Source: Myxococcales bacterium (GTDB lineage Bacteria; Myxococcota_A; Polyangia; Polyangiales; DASUME01). From it: a DNA stretch of 64,000 nucleotides. The position numbers and the translations under genes are program-made. Within the stretch, counting starts at the first letter, position 1. Each line of letters opens with the position of its first letter. Of the stretch, positions 17,924 to 27,178 are shown one piece after another. The notes beneath the pieces were generated by a model, which searched no databases, was not told where the DNA came from, and worked only from the letters and a program-made list of their open reading frames with translations. The stretch lies in assembly GCA_047601445.1 (NCBI GenBank), contig JASGJH010000001.1, forward strand, positions 8,800,001 through 8,864,000, in the 5' to 3' direction.

Positions 17924-18459
17924 AGCGCAGCCCGAGGCGGAAGCTCGGTGTGGTGAGCGTGGAGATCGTGGTGATGCTGCCGGTCTTCGTGGCTCTGTTG
18001 GGGGCCGTCATCTACTTGCACCAGCGGGCGCTTGCGGTTCAGGCAGCGAGCCTGGCCGCGCGGACCTGCGCGTGGACCTACGCCCTGAAGGGCTGCGAAA
18101 TGCCCATGCCGAAGGTCTGCGATCGGAAGCTGCTCGGTAGCTCCAAGGGCTGGCGCGTCTCGCTTCCGGGTAGTCAGGTCGAGTTCAGCGCCGATGGGGT
18201 CGACTTCCACGGCAGTTACTTCGACATGATCGCGGAGATCCCGGTGTTCGGAGCGGCCGTCAAATCGGTGTTCGGCGTCGGTGAGCGGATCTACGCCACC
18301 AAGCAGACACCCCAATTCATGCGTTCGGGCAAAGAGACCGTGGAGGCCAGCATGTACGTCCTCTGCAACACACGGGCGGAGACTTGGACGAACAACATGG
18401 GTCAGCTCTTCGACCAGCTCAAGGACTGCAGCGACAAGAAGGGACGCCTATGCAACTGA
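17920..18459 (+). CDS. TadE-like minor pilin
   Basis: KLG|VVSVEIVVMLPVF...AARTCAWTYA; ATGA coupling. Confidence 0.8.
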   Translation: MKRSPRRKLGVVSVEIVVMLPVFVALLGAVIYLHQRALAVQAASLAARTCAWTYALKGCEMPMPKVCDRKLLGSSKGWRVSLPGSQVEFSADGVDFHGSYFDMIAEIPVFGAAVKSVFGVGERIYATKQTPQFMRSGKETVEASMYVLCNTRAETWTNNMGQLFDQLKDCSDKKGRLCN

Positions 18460-19364
18460 TGCTCCGCAGGATTCTGCTCGCGAGTCTGCTCGGTGGTGTT
18501 CTGCCAGGCCTTGGGCTCGCTCACGCAACGTCCGAGCTGGAGGCGTCGCTGCTGGAGCGGACGCGAAGTTTGTTCGAGCTCGCTCCTCATTGGCAGCGAG
18601 TTCCACCGCGCGTCCTGCTAGTCAACGGAGCACGGCTTGTGTTGGCCACCGGACGCAGCGAGCAGCCGCTCTCCGCCATGCTGGACCACTTTCAAGCACA
18701 CTGTCGCGCCGAGAGCGGCGGGCTTCATCAAGCTGCGCGCGCAGTTTATCGGTCAGCGAGGAAAGACCTGCCCTCCCTGATTGACGGCGTGCTGCGAGTC
18801 GAAGAAGAAAAAGAGGGGCTCGTTGCTTGCCTGGCGCTGGGGGCCAAACTCAGTCCACGCGAGCTTTTGGCACGTCTCGAGCGCTTCGGGGAGCACGCGG
18901 ATCTGCAGGAGCTCGGCGGACTGCGGGTGGTACGGGTGCGGCGGGTGGACGAAGGGAGCTTCTTCGTGGCGACCTGGAACGAGGGGCCCTTGCCGCTAGC
19001 AGACATGTTTCCAGAGCAGGGAGATAGTCCGGGCGACGAGCCGCCGGATGTCCCGCGCCCCAGGCAAGCGCGACGCCTACTGAGCGCGTGGCAAGAAGGG
19101 AGGCCGTCGGGGGTCTACGTGTACTCGGTGTCGGCAGCGCGCGATGCCGTGTTCGAGTCGTATGTCGCGGAGCTCGAGCGTGGCGGTTGGCGCCTGCAGG
19201 ACGCATCGAGCCTGGTCGGCGGGGTCCCATTTCATGGCGCTGCGTTCGCGCGTGGTTCCCAGGGATTGGTCGTGCATACCCAGGCGGACGGGGAAGGGAC
19301 GTTGATCTCGGTGCTGCCCCTCGAGAGCCGACCGCGCCGTCACATCATCGGCAAACGGTTTTAG
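18450..19364 (+). CDS. Exported hypothetical protein in tad locus
   Basis: N-terminal hydrophobic segment; overlaps the upstream gene; no recognised domain. Confidence 0.7.
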   Translation: MQLMLRRILLASLLGGVLPGLGLAHATSELEASLLERTRSLFELAPHWQRVPPRVLLVNGARLVLATGRSEQPLSAMLDHFQAHCRAESGGLHQAARAVYRSARKDLPSLIDGVLRVEEEKEGLVACLALGAKLSPRELLARLERFGEHADLQELGGLRVVRVRRVDEGSFFVATWNEGPLPLADMFPEQGDSPGDEPPDVPRPRQARRLLSAWQEGRPSGVYVYSVSAARDAVFESYVAELERGGWRLQDASSLVGGVPFHGAAFARGSQGLVVHTQADGEGTLISVLPLESRPRRHIIGKRF

Positions 19365-19423
19365 ACGCAACCCTGGGCTCCTCTGGCCGATACGTCACCC
19401 GGTTAAACAAAGCGAGGCATTCC

Positions 19424-20134
19424 ATGAGTCGGCAGGCGATGGCCGCGACGGCGTTGATTGCGACGGCAGGCGCCCTGGCCTTCCACTTCTACCTGCGCCG
19501 GTTCGAGCTCGAGATGGCAGGGGGCGAACCGCGGCCGGTCCTGATCACCACTTCGGACCTGACCCTCGGCCAAGTCATCACGCGCTCGACGCTGGATGCG
19601 AAGGATGTTCCCGAGAGCTACGTCGAAGAGCGCCATATCCTGGCCAACGATTTGGAGCGCGTGCTGGGGGCACGGGTGACGTCGGCGATTCCTGGTGGTG
19701 GAGCGTTGCTGTGGACGGACCTCGACACCATGCAGGATGGTCGCACCCTTTCCGGCCTGGTTCGTGTCGGCATGCGTGGCTACGCCCTGAGCGAGCGTGA
19801 CGCGAGCTTCGATGGTCTGCTGCGCCCCGGGGACCGCGTCGATGTCGTGTTCATCGAAGCCGAGACCCGTGAGGAGGCGACCACGCTCTTGACCAACGTA
19901 CTCGTGCTCACCGTAGGAGCAGACTTGGGAGACGAGGGACACGGCGCCGCGCGCGAGGCGGGGCGCGTCACCTTGAGCGTGACACCCGAACAAGCCGCTT
20001 TGCTAGCGCTGCGCGAAGGGGTAGGGCGGATCCGACTCACATTGCGCAATCCGCAGGATGCGGTGGTCCACAAACCATCGGCGAACGTGAGTGCGGCGCT
20101 GACGCCGCCGGGAGGCGATCATGGCGGCAACTAG
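19424..20134 (+). CDS. cpaB: Flp pilus assembly protein CpaB/RcpC
   Basis: TM helix, SAF-like DLTLGQVIT, LRPGDRVDV, LLTNVLVLTVG, VTLSVTPEQA, LTLRNPQD. Confidence 0.9.
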   Translation: MSRQAMAATALIATAGALAFHFYLRRFELEMAGGEPRPVLITTSDLTLGQVITRSTLDAKDVPESYVEERHILANDLERVLGARVTSAIPGGGALLWTDLDTMQDGRTLSGLVRVGMRGYALSERDASFDGLLRPGDRVDVVFIEAETREEATTLLTNVLVLTVGADLGDEGHGAAREAGRVTLSVTPEQAALLALREGVGRIRLTLRNPQDAVVHKPSANVSAALTPPGGDHGGN

Positions 20135-21743
20135 AGGCCGTGGCTACGCGCTGGCGGTGCACGTGCGGGCCGCCAGGTTCGACGAGCTGCTGATGCTCGC
20201 ATTGGGGGACACGGAGCTCGTGTTTGGACGCGGACCGGACTGCGACGTGGTGTTGCCTTCCAAGGCGGTCTCTCGTCGACACGTGACCATCGCGTGGAAA
20301 CATGGCGCACTCTCCGCGCAGGACCTGTCTTCCCACGGCACCTGGGTCGATGGAACGCGGGTGCAAGGCGGTCGCGTGGTCCTTGGAGAACGCTGCGACC
20401 TCGAAGTGGGCCCGTACCGCCTCGAACTCAAGTTGGTTCGTCCTGCCGCGGGCGCTCCCGAGCTCGCGCCGCCTGCCGTCGGTGAGGTTTCGATTCAGGC
20501 GCGCCGGGCCTTGCGCTCGGCGGTGCTCGAAGGGCTCGACCTCCTGACGCTCGACCGCAGTCAGATGGATCGGAACACGTTGGGGCCCGCCGTGCACGAG
20601 GCCCTGGAGCGAGCCGCCGCCAGTATGGGAGAAGGACTTCCGCGGGGACCCGCCCTGCAAGCCCTGCTCCGTGAACTCGCCGATGAGGTGCTCGGCTTGG
20701 GGCCGCTCGAGCCGCTGTTGGCGGATCCCTCGGTGAGTGAGATCATGGTGGTGGACCCCGAGACCATCTACGTAGAACGCGACGGGCGCATCCAGCTCTC
20801 GGCGTCTCGCTTTACGGACGATCAAGCGGTGCGTTCGGTCCTCGAGCGCATCGTCACCCCGCTTGGGCGACGGGTCGACGAATCCCAACCGATGGTCGAT
20901 GCGCGCCTCCCGGACGGCTCCCGCGTCAACGCCGTGATTCCGCCGCTGGCCTTGAAGGGCGCTGCCATCACGATTCGGCGCTTCTCCAGGCATCCGATCA
21001 CCATCGAGCGGCTGGTTTCTTTGGGGGCGATGAGCGAGGAGATGGCCGTCTTCCTCGAGCGCTCGGTGCAGGTGCGCGTGAACATGGTGATCGCGGGCGG
21101 CACGGGTTCGGGAAAGACCACGCTGCTCAACGTGCTCTCCGCGGCGATTCCTGATTCGGAGCGCGTCGTGACCATCGAAGACGCTGCGGAGCTCTCGCTG
21201 CGCCAGCGGCACGTCGTGTCGCTCGAGAGTCGACCTCCCAACATGGAGGGGCAGGGTGCCGTGAGCATCCGCGATCTCGTGCGCAACGCCCTGCGCATGC
21301 GACCCGACCGCATCGTGGTGGGGGAATGCAGAGGGGGGGAGGCACTCGACATGCTGCAGGCCATGAACACGGGGCACGACGGGTCGATGACGACCACCCA
21401 CGCCAACAGTCCGAGAGAGGCCGTGCAGCGCCTCGAGACCTTGTGCCTGATGTCGGGCATCGACCTTCCGTTGGCGGCGATCCGGCGACAAATCGCGGGT
21501 AGCGTGAACCTGTTGCTGCAGCAGGCACGTTTTAGCGATGGATCGCGGCGCATCACCCACGTGACCGAGGTGGCAGGGCTCTCGGATGATGGCGAGCTCG
21601 AGCTGCGGGACGTCTTTCGCTTCGAGCCCGCGCGCAGCGGGCGCTCCGGCAAGCTGGAGGGCGTGTTCGTGGCCACGGGTGTCATCCCCAACTTCGTCGA
21701 TCGCTTCGTCACGCGGGGACTGTCGCTGGGTGGGCTATGGTGA
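20121..21743 (+). CDS. cpaF: CpaF/TadA ATPase with N-terminal FHA domain
   Basis: FHA FGRGPDCDVVL..VSRRH; Walker A GGTGSGKT; LRMRPDRIVVGECRGGEA; TGHDGSMTTTHAN. Confidence 0.93.
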   Translation: MAATRGRGYALAVHVRAARFDELLMLALGDTELVFGRGPDCDVVLPSKAVSRRHVTIAWKHGALSAQDLSSHGTWVDGTRVQGGRVVLGERCDLEVGPYRLELKLVRPAAGAPELAPPAVGEVSIQARRALRSAVLEGLDLLTLDRSQMDRNTLGPAVHEALERAAASMGEGLPRGPALQALLRELADEVLGLGPLEPLLADPSVSEIMVVDPETIYVERDGRIQLSASRFTDDQAVRSVLERIVTPLGRRVDESQPMVDARLPDGSRVNAVIPPLALKGAAITIRRFSRHPITIERLVSLGAMSEEMAVFLERSVQVRVNMVIAGGTGSGKTTLLNVLSAAIPDSERVVTIEDAAELSLRQRHVVSLESRPPNMEGQGAVSIRDLVRNALRMRPDRIVVGECRGGEALDMLQAMNTGHDGSMTTTHANSPREAVQRLETLCLMSGIDLPLAAIRRQIAGSVNLLLQQARFSDGSRRITHVTEVAGLSDDGELELRDVFRFEPARSGRSGKLEGVFVATGVIPNFVDRFVTRGLSLGGLW

Positions 21744-22606
21744 CGACTCCTCCCTCTGTGCTCGCGCTCTTGCGTCTCGCCAGTGTGCTCGGCGTAGGTG
21801 GCGCTGGTTGCGCGTTCGCGCTGTTTACCGTGCGAGCCTACCTGGTCGTGGCGCGGCGCAAGCTCGCCGCCTACCACGACGCCCTTGTCCGAGAATGCTC
21901 CTTTCTCCGACTCGCCATCGCGCCGCGCCACCTGCTGTTCGGACAGGCGGCTTTGGTGGCGCTCGCGCTCCTCGCCCTGGCGCTCGGTAATCCGCTGGCG
22001 GCGTCGGTGGTGGTGCTTCCTGCGCTATGCCTGCAGCCCGTGCTCGGCATGCGTCGAGCTCGCCGCATCGCGGAGCTCGAGAGCCAGTTGGACGCCTGGC
22101 TACGGGGCTTGGCCGCGGCCCTGCGAGCTACTCCGGCGCTCGGCGACGCGCTCGAGTACAGCCTCGGGTTGGTCGCGAGTCCCCTGCGTGACGAGCTCGA
22201 GACCCTGGTGAAGGAGCACAAACTCGGCACGCCGCTGGACGAAGGGCTGACCCGCATGGGACGGCGCATCGGAAGTCGCAGTCTACAGACGGCGCTCGCC
22301 ACTTTGCGCATCGGTCTGCGCACGGGGGAGATATCTCGCGGATCTCTGGAGCGCTCGGCCAGCACCCTGCGCGAAATGGCGCGTCTCGAGGGCGTAGTTC
22401 GTGTGAAGACAGCCGAAGGCAAGGCCCAGGGCTTCGTGCTGGCGCTCTTGCCGCTACCCATGGTGGCTTTGTTTCGATACGTGAATCCCACTTATCTGCT
22501 GCCATTGATAGAAGAACCTCGCGGTCACTTGGTCATGGGCTGCGCGTTCCTGTGTTGGTTCTCGTCCCTCGTGCTGACCAGGAGGATCCTCGATGTCGAT
22601 CTTTGA
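21737..22606 (+). CDS. tadB: TadB inner-membrane platform protein (T2SSF family)
   Basis: T2SSF pattern PLRDEL..LG..L.....RIGS; VRVKTAEGKAQ. Confidence 0.85.
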   Translation: MVTTPPSVLALLRLASVLGVGGAGCAFALFTVRAYLVVARRKLAAYHDALVRECSFLRLAIAPRHLLFGQAALVALALLALALGNPLAASVVVLPALCLQPVLGMRRARRIAELESQLDAWLRGLAAALRATPALGDALEYSLGLVASPLRDELETLVKEHKLGTPLDEGLTRMGRRIGSRSLQTALATLRIGLRTGEISRGSLERSASTLREMARLEGVVRVKTAEGKAQGFVLALLPLPMVALFRYVNPTYLLPLIEEPRGHLVMGCAFLCWFSSLVLTRRILDVDL

Positions 22607-23504
22607 GCTCCCCTCGAGTCTGTTCTGGCTACGTGGGGCTGTTCTGTTGGCCGTCGTTGTGTGCCTCGGCCTCTTGGCTGCACCCATGGTGCGCATCCCG
22701 GCGCTGCCGATCCCGCGCTTCGGCCTGCGCGGCAAGCGGCGGCTCCTGGCGCGCTCGGACCGTGCATTCCGTTGCCTCGAGGTCTGGACCCGCCACGTCG
22801 GGGCCTGGCTGGCGCACGTGCCTGCCGAGCAGCTGCGCAGCCGGATCTCCTCGCTTGCGCTGCACGCGGGCTTGCCCATGGGGTTGTGCGCGGACGAGTG
22901 GTTGGCGCTCTCCCTGCTTTCTTTCCTGGGATTGGGGTGCGGCGGCGGGTGGTTGGTGGCGCGTGCCGGGATGGACATTTGGTGGCAGCTCAGCGTGCTC
23001 GGCTTGGCCGCCGTGATGCCCGTGATGCGGCTCCGGCAGGCCGCCACGGAGCGAGCCAAACAGCTCGAACGCAGCCTGCCCAACGCGATCGACCTTTGCG
23101 TGCTGTGCATGGGAGCTGGCGCGGACTTTCCCGCCGCGCTCCGCTTCGTGGTGGCCGAGATGGGCGCCGCCCACGCGGCCTGTCGAGAGGAGCTAGCCCA
23201 TGTGCTCGATGAGCTTGCGCTTGGTCGCACCCGTGTGGAGTCGCTTACGGCGCTCGCGCAGCGCACCGACAGCTGCGCCATTCGCGACTTCGTCGCAGCG
23301 GTGTGCCAGTCGGACATCAAGGGCACGCCCCTGGTGAGCGCACTCGACATTCAGGCGGGCACGTTACGGCAGCGACGCAGTGTGCTCGCCGAGGAGGCGG
23401 CTGCCAAGGCCGGGGTACGCCTGATGCTGCCGATGATGCTGATGGTGGTCTGCGTCTTGTTGATCGTGATTGGGCCGTTCATCGTGACCGGGATGGGCAT
23501 GTGA
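22593..23504 (+). CDS. tadC: TadC inner-membrane platform protein
   Basis: LPNAIDLCVLCMGAG, LALGRTR, GTPL..L..QA..LR..R...AEEAAAKA.V.L..P. Confidence 0.9.
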   Translation: MSIFELPSSLFWLRGAVLLAVVVCLGLLAAPMVRIPALPIPRFGLRGKRRLLARSDRAFRCLEVWTRHVGAWLAHVPAEQLRSRISSLALHAGLPMGLCADEWLALSLLSFLGLGCGGGWLVARAGMDIWWQLSVLGLAAVMPVMRLRQAATERAKQLERSLPNAIDLCVLCMGAGADFPAALRFVVAEMGAAHAACREELAHVLDELALGRTRVESLTALAQRTDSCAIRDFVAAVCQSDIKGTPLVSALDIQAGTLRQRRSVLAEEAAAKAGVRLMLPMMLMVVCVLLIVIGPFIVTGMGM

Positions 23505-24082
23505 GCACGGAGACGACGAAGAATAGGGGGATCGCGCCCATGCGGGGGGCGTTGCTCGTGCTCCTGGCCCTGCTCGTGCTGTCGCTGAGCTTGCTGGAGC
23601 GCGGGGAGCCGCTGGCGCAACGAGCCGACGCGCTCGACGTTTCGCCGCTGCCGGAGCAGGCGCCCGCGTGCCAGGTTTCTCGCCGCGAGGCACAGACTCG
23701 TGCGCAGTGGCTCGCAGCCGCCGCGGACGCAAGCTGGGAGCGCGTGCCCTTCGATTGCGCCGAGGCGCCCAACGCCGTGCTGCGCAGCTCGGAGGCCGAG
23801 GTCTGCTACGACATCGCTGGAGACCGGGAAGGCGTTCAACGCCTGGCGGCGAAGCGACGTAGCTTCGAGGCCGAGCTCACGCGCCGATTTCGACGCGCCA
23901 GGCTGCTCTTGGAGCTCGCCCGTCGGCGGGGCGATCTGATGGGCATGCGGCGCGAGATCACCACACTGTTGGCGCTCTCGAGCCAGACGGGACCCGCGGG
24001 GCGAGCGTACCGCTCTCTGCTCGAGCGGCTCGACCGCGCAGCCGAGGCGCAGCTGCTCGATGCGAAGAAAGGAGCCGATTGA
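23501..24082 (+). CDS. Membrane-anchored helical hypothetical protein in tad locus
   Basis: GTG overlaps the tadC stop; one TM segment followed by a helical region with three Cys. Confidence 0.7.
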   Translation: MSTETTKNRGIAPMRGALLVLLALLVLSLSLLERGEPLAQRADALDVSPLPEQAPACQVSRREAQTRAQWLAAAADASWERVPFDCAEAPNAVLRSSEAEVCYDIAGDREGVQRLAAKRRSFEAELTRRFRRARLLLELARRRGDLMGMRREITTLLALSSQTGPAGRAYRSLLERLDRAAEAQLLDAKKGAD

Positions 24083-24083
24083 G

Positions 24084-25154
24084 ATGGTACCCGAAAGCGT
24101 GTTCGAGCGAGCGTTGGCCAGGTTCTTCGCACCGATCGGTGCGCTCCTGGTCGATCCGAGCGTGAGCGAGGTCATGGTCAATGGTCACGACTGCGTGTTC
24201 GTAGAGCGGCGGGGCAAGCTCGAGCGGGTGCCCGAACGATTCGAGAGCGAGGCGTCGCTCATGTCGGGCCTGCGCGTGCTTTCGCAGTACGTGGGGCGGC
24301 CCTTCGATCCCGAGCACCCAATTCTCGAAGCGCGCTTGCCCGACGGGTCGCGAGTCGAGGCGGTCATGGGGCACCTGGCCAAGGGAGGCACGCACGTCGC
24401 CATCCGGCGCTTCGCGCGCGACCGGCTCGACATCGCGCAGCTCGTGGCCTCGGGCAGTCTGAGTGAGGACGCCGCGGAGTTTCTGCGGGACCTGGTCGTC
24501 CGCAAGTTCAACATCCTGGTCGCTGGCGGCACGGGCACGGGCAAGACGTCTCTGCTGAACGTGCTCACGGCCTTCGTGCCGGCCTCCGAGCGGGTCGTGG
24601 TGCTCGAAGACTCCAGGGAGCTGCAACCGCGCGGCGGGCACACAGTACAGCTGGAGGCTCGCCCGGCCGACGAACGCGGCAAGGGCGCGGTGAGCATTCG
24701 CGGGCTCTTCAAGGCCACCCTGCGCTTGCGACCCGACCGCATTGTGCTGGGAGAAATCCGCGACGGCGCCGCACTCGATCTGCTGCAGGCGATGACCTCG
24801 GGCCACGGCGGGTGCCTCGCGACCCTGCATGCCAGCCACCCCCGCGATGCGCTCTCGCGCCTCGAGACCATGGCGTTGATGGCCGACGTGGAGCTGCCAC
24901 TCAGTGCGCTTCGAGCACAGATCGCGTCGGCCGTCGACGTGGTCGTGCAGCTCGAGCGGTTGCGGAACGGGCAGCGTGTCGTGACGCATGTTTCGCAAAC
25001 GGAGCCGCTCGACATGCAAGGCCGCTACGTGCTGCGGGACTTGTTCGTGCGCCAGGGACAGCTCCGGAGGACCGGTATTTCGTTGCTAGATGCAGGGCGC
25101 TTCCACGAGGAGCACGAGACCTCGGCGTGTTTTTCCGAGCGGGGGAGTCCATGA
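24084..25154 (+). CDS. Second CpaF/TadA family ATPase (no FHA)
   Basis: DPSVSEVMVNG, ARLPDGSRV, GGTGTGKT, LRLRPDRIVLGEIR, SGHGGCLATLHA; AAGGAG SD. Confidence 0.93.
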   Translation: MVPESVFERALARFFAPIGALLVDPSVSEVMVNGHDCVFVERRGKLERVPERFESEASLMSGLRVLSQYVGRPFDPEHPILEARLPDGSRVEAVMGHLAKGGTHVAIRRFARDRLDIAQLVASGSLSEDAAEFLRDLVVRKFNILVAGGTGTGKTSLLNVLTAFVPASERVVVLEDSRELQPRGGHTVQLEARPADERGKGAVSIRGLFKATLRLRPDRIVLGEIRDGAALDLLQAMTSGHGGCLATLHASHPRDALSRLETMALMADVELPLSALRAQIASAVDVVVQLERLRNGQRVVTHVSQTEPLDMQGRYVLRDLFVRQGQLRRTGISLLDAGRFHEEHETSACFSERGSP

Positions 25155-25984
25155 GAAGCGACGACCCCGAAACCAAGCTGCTGCGGATCTCGGAGCTAAG
25201 CGAGCATCTCGCTCGAACTCGCAAGCGCGCAGAGGATCCAGGCGGTACCTCCACGCGCTTGAGCATCGACATGGACGAGGTAGGAAAGCCCGTTCTGGGT
25301 GGCGTAGAGGGTCCTGGCTCGGAGAACGAGCCGGCCCCGATTGGCGAGACCAGGGAGGTGCCGCAGCAAACGCCACGCGGTATCGCAGCAGGGGCCAGGG
25401 CTTGCTCGGACACGGCCATGACACTGGTTTTTCAGCGTGCCGATCTACGGCCCCCCCCTGCGCGGACCAGGCGGAGGCCAAGCGCGAGGAGGGGTGTGTC
25501 ATGGTTGGTGCGGATAGGTGCACTCGGGCTGGCTTTCTACCTCCTGCTGCCCGTTTTTCAGGGGACGTTGGTGGCAAGCCGTGAAGTCACCGAAGCGGCG
25601 AAATCCGCCGACGTCGGGTCGTCCAACGAGCGCCCGCCCGAGGTCATTCAGCCTTCGCTGCTCGTCACGCCGAAGGACCATGTCGCCTCGATCGAAAGTC
25701 CCGCGTCGGCTGGCAGTTCTGTCCCCATCGGCGCGGCCGCCTCCCAGGACAAGATCAGCTCGCCCATGGACAGCGTGGCCGCGGACGGGTCAAACGAGTC
25801 TGAGGCTGGACACCTGCGCGCCGCGGTGGACTTGCTGTTGTCTGGTGACACGCGGGGGGCGCTCGACGGCTACCGTGGGCTCCTGGCGCGCCGCAAGGGC
25901 TCGCCCGAATTCGCTCTGGCCGTGCGCATTCTCGAGCGAGAGGTGGTCCGGTGCGCGGGCGGAGGTTCCGCATGTACGCGCTGA
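25151..25984 (+). CDS. Bitopic membrane hypothetical protein (disordered N-terminus, TM, TPR-like C-terminus)
   Basis: ATGA coupling to the second ATPase; TM WLVRIGALGLAFYLLLPVF. Confidence 0.65.
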   Translation: MRSDDPETKLLRISELSEHLARTRKRAEDPGGTSTRLSIDMDEVGKPVLGGVEGPGSENEPAPIGETREVPQQTPRGIAAGARACSDTAMTLVFQRADLRPPPARTRRRPSARRGVSWLVRIGALGLAFYLLLPVFQGTLVASREVTEAAKSADVGSSNERPPEVIQPSLLVTPKDHVASIESPASAGSSVPIGAAASQDKISSPMDSVAADGSNESEAGHLRAAVDLLLSGDTRGALDGYRGLLARRKGSPEFALAVRILEREVVRCAGGGSACTR

Positions 25985-26658
25985 GGCGAGCCCTCTTCGG
26001 CCTGGCCCTGATGTTTACAATCGGCTGCGCGGCGGGAGACGAATCGCAGGAGGTGCGCTTTCACGTGAGCGTGCGCGATGACCAACTGCAAGCGCAGCCA
26101 GGAGTTTCCATCGAAGTCGACGGCCAAGCTGTCGCCAGCACGGACACTCAAGGGCGCGCCTCGGTGTCCTTCCACGCACGCGCGAACCGCGCGCGCATCG
26201 CCGTGCGGTGTCCGAGCGGATATCATGCTTCTGAGCCGCGCAGTATTCCGTTGTCCCGGCGCGGCAGGCAGCCTCCGCTCGAGCTCGTGTTCACCTGTCG
26301 CCCCGCGCAGCGCACGTTGCTTCTGGTCGTGCGTGCACCCGAGGGAGTCGGCATGCCCGTGCTGGCCGACGGCGAAGCGCTGGGCCATGTGGCCGAAGAC
26401 GGAACCTTTCACGCGGTGATCAAGCGCGCACCCGACGCCACGCTGCGCTTGACCCTCGACACCACGGACGCGCCGCTTCTAGTGCCCCAGCACCCCGTCA
26501 GAGAGATCACCGTCGGCGAGCGCGACGAGATCATTGTCTTCGATCAGGAGCTGCGGGCTGCGCGCCCGCCCAGGCGCGTGCGCCAGACCTCCGGCAAGTC
26601 CTCCTCTGCGACGCGGCACATTCCCTATGCCATCGGCGCAGCGCGCTATTCGTGGTGA
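25972..26658 (+). CDS. Lipoprotein with two beta-sandwich (PEGA/Ig-like) domains
   Basis: FTIGC lipobox; GVSIEVDGQAVASTDTQG and GMPVLADGEALGHVAEDG repeats; GGAGG SD. Confidence 0.75.
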   Translation: MYALRRALFGLALMFTIGCAAGDESQEVRFHVSVRDDQLQAQPGVSIEVDGQAVASTDTQGRASVSFHARANRARIAVRCPSGYHASEPRSIPLSRRGRQPPLELVFTCRPAQRTLLLVVRAPEGVGMPVLADGEALGHVAEDGTFHAVIKRAPDATLRLTLDTTDAPLLVPQHPVREITVGERDEIIVFDQELRAARPPRRVRQTSGKSSSATRHIPYAIGAARYSW

Positions 26659-26669
26659 CCTGCGCGGTT

Positions 26670-27176
26670 TCAGCCCAGGGCGTCCGTCAACCGTTGCAGG
26701 TATGCCTGGACCTCGGACGAGCCTTCTTCCGGGGCCCATGTCGCGAAGTCCTTGGCAGACGCCTCCACGTAGGGGCCGGCTTTGACCTCATAGAGCAGCG
26801 TGTCCGGCTCCCGCACGATGAAGCTGTGGAACAGCCCGGGCGCGAGATCGAGGCCGAACTCTGCGCCTCCGGCCTTCAGTCGGCGACTGAAGGTCACGTT
26901 GCCTTCGTCGTCGAAGACCACCAGATCGATGGCTCCGCGCAGCACCAGGAACACCTCGGCCCGCGGCGGACTCGTGTGGCGATGCGGACGCACATACGTG
27001 CCCGGTTGCAGCGCGTTGAACATGCGCTGCAGCGGATCCGCCCCCTGCTTGTGGAACGGAACGATCATGCGCTTGCGCTCGCTGGCGCGCGAGGCCTCCA
27101 GCGCGCGCTCGGCGAGCTCCTGCGAGATCACGACGAGCTCACCTTCCGGCGGAGGCAAAGCGCGGGGAGTGGCCAC
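26670..27176 (-). CDS. WbuC family cupin-fold metalloprotein
   Basis: LQRMFNALQPGTYVRPHRH...E...FDDEG...H...EVKAGPY. Confidence 0.88.
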   Translation of the reverse strand: MATPRALPPPEGELVVISQELAERALEASRASERKRMIVPFHKQGADPLQRMFNALQPGTYVRPHRHTSPPRAEVFLVLRGAIDLVVFDDEGNVTFSRRLKAGGAEFGLDLAPGLFHSFIVREPDTLLYEVKAGPYVEASAKDFATWAPEEGSSEVQAYLQRLTDALG

Positions 27177-27178
27177 GT

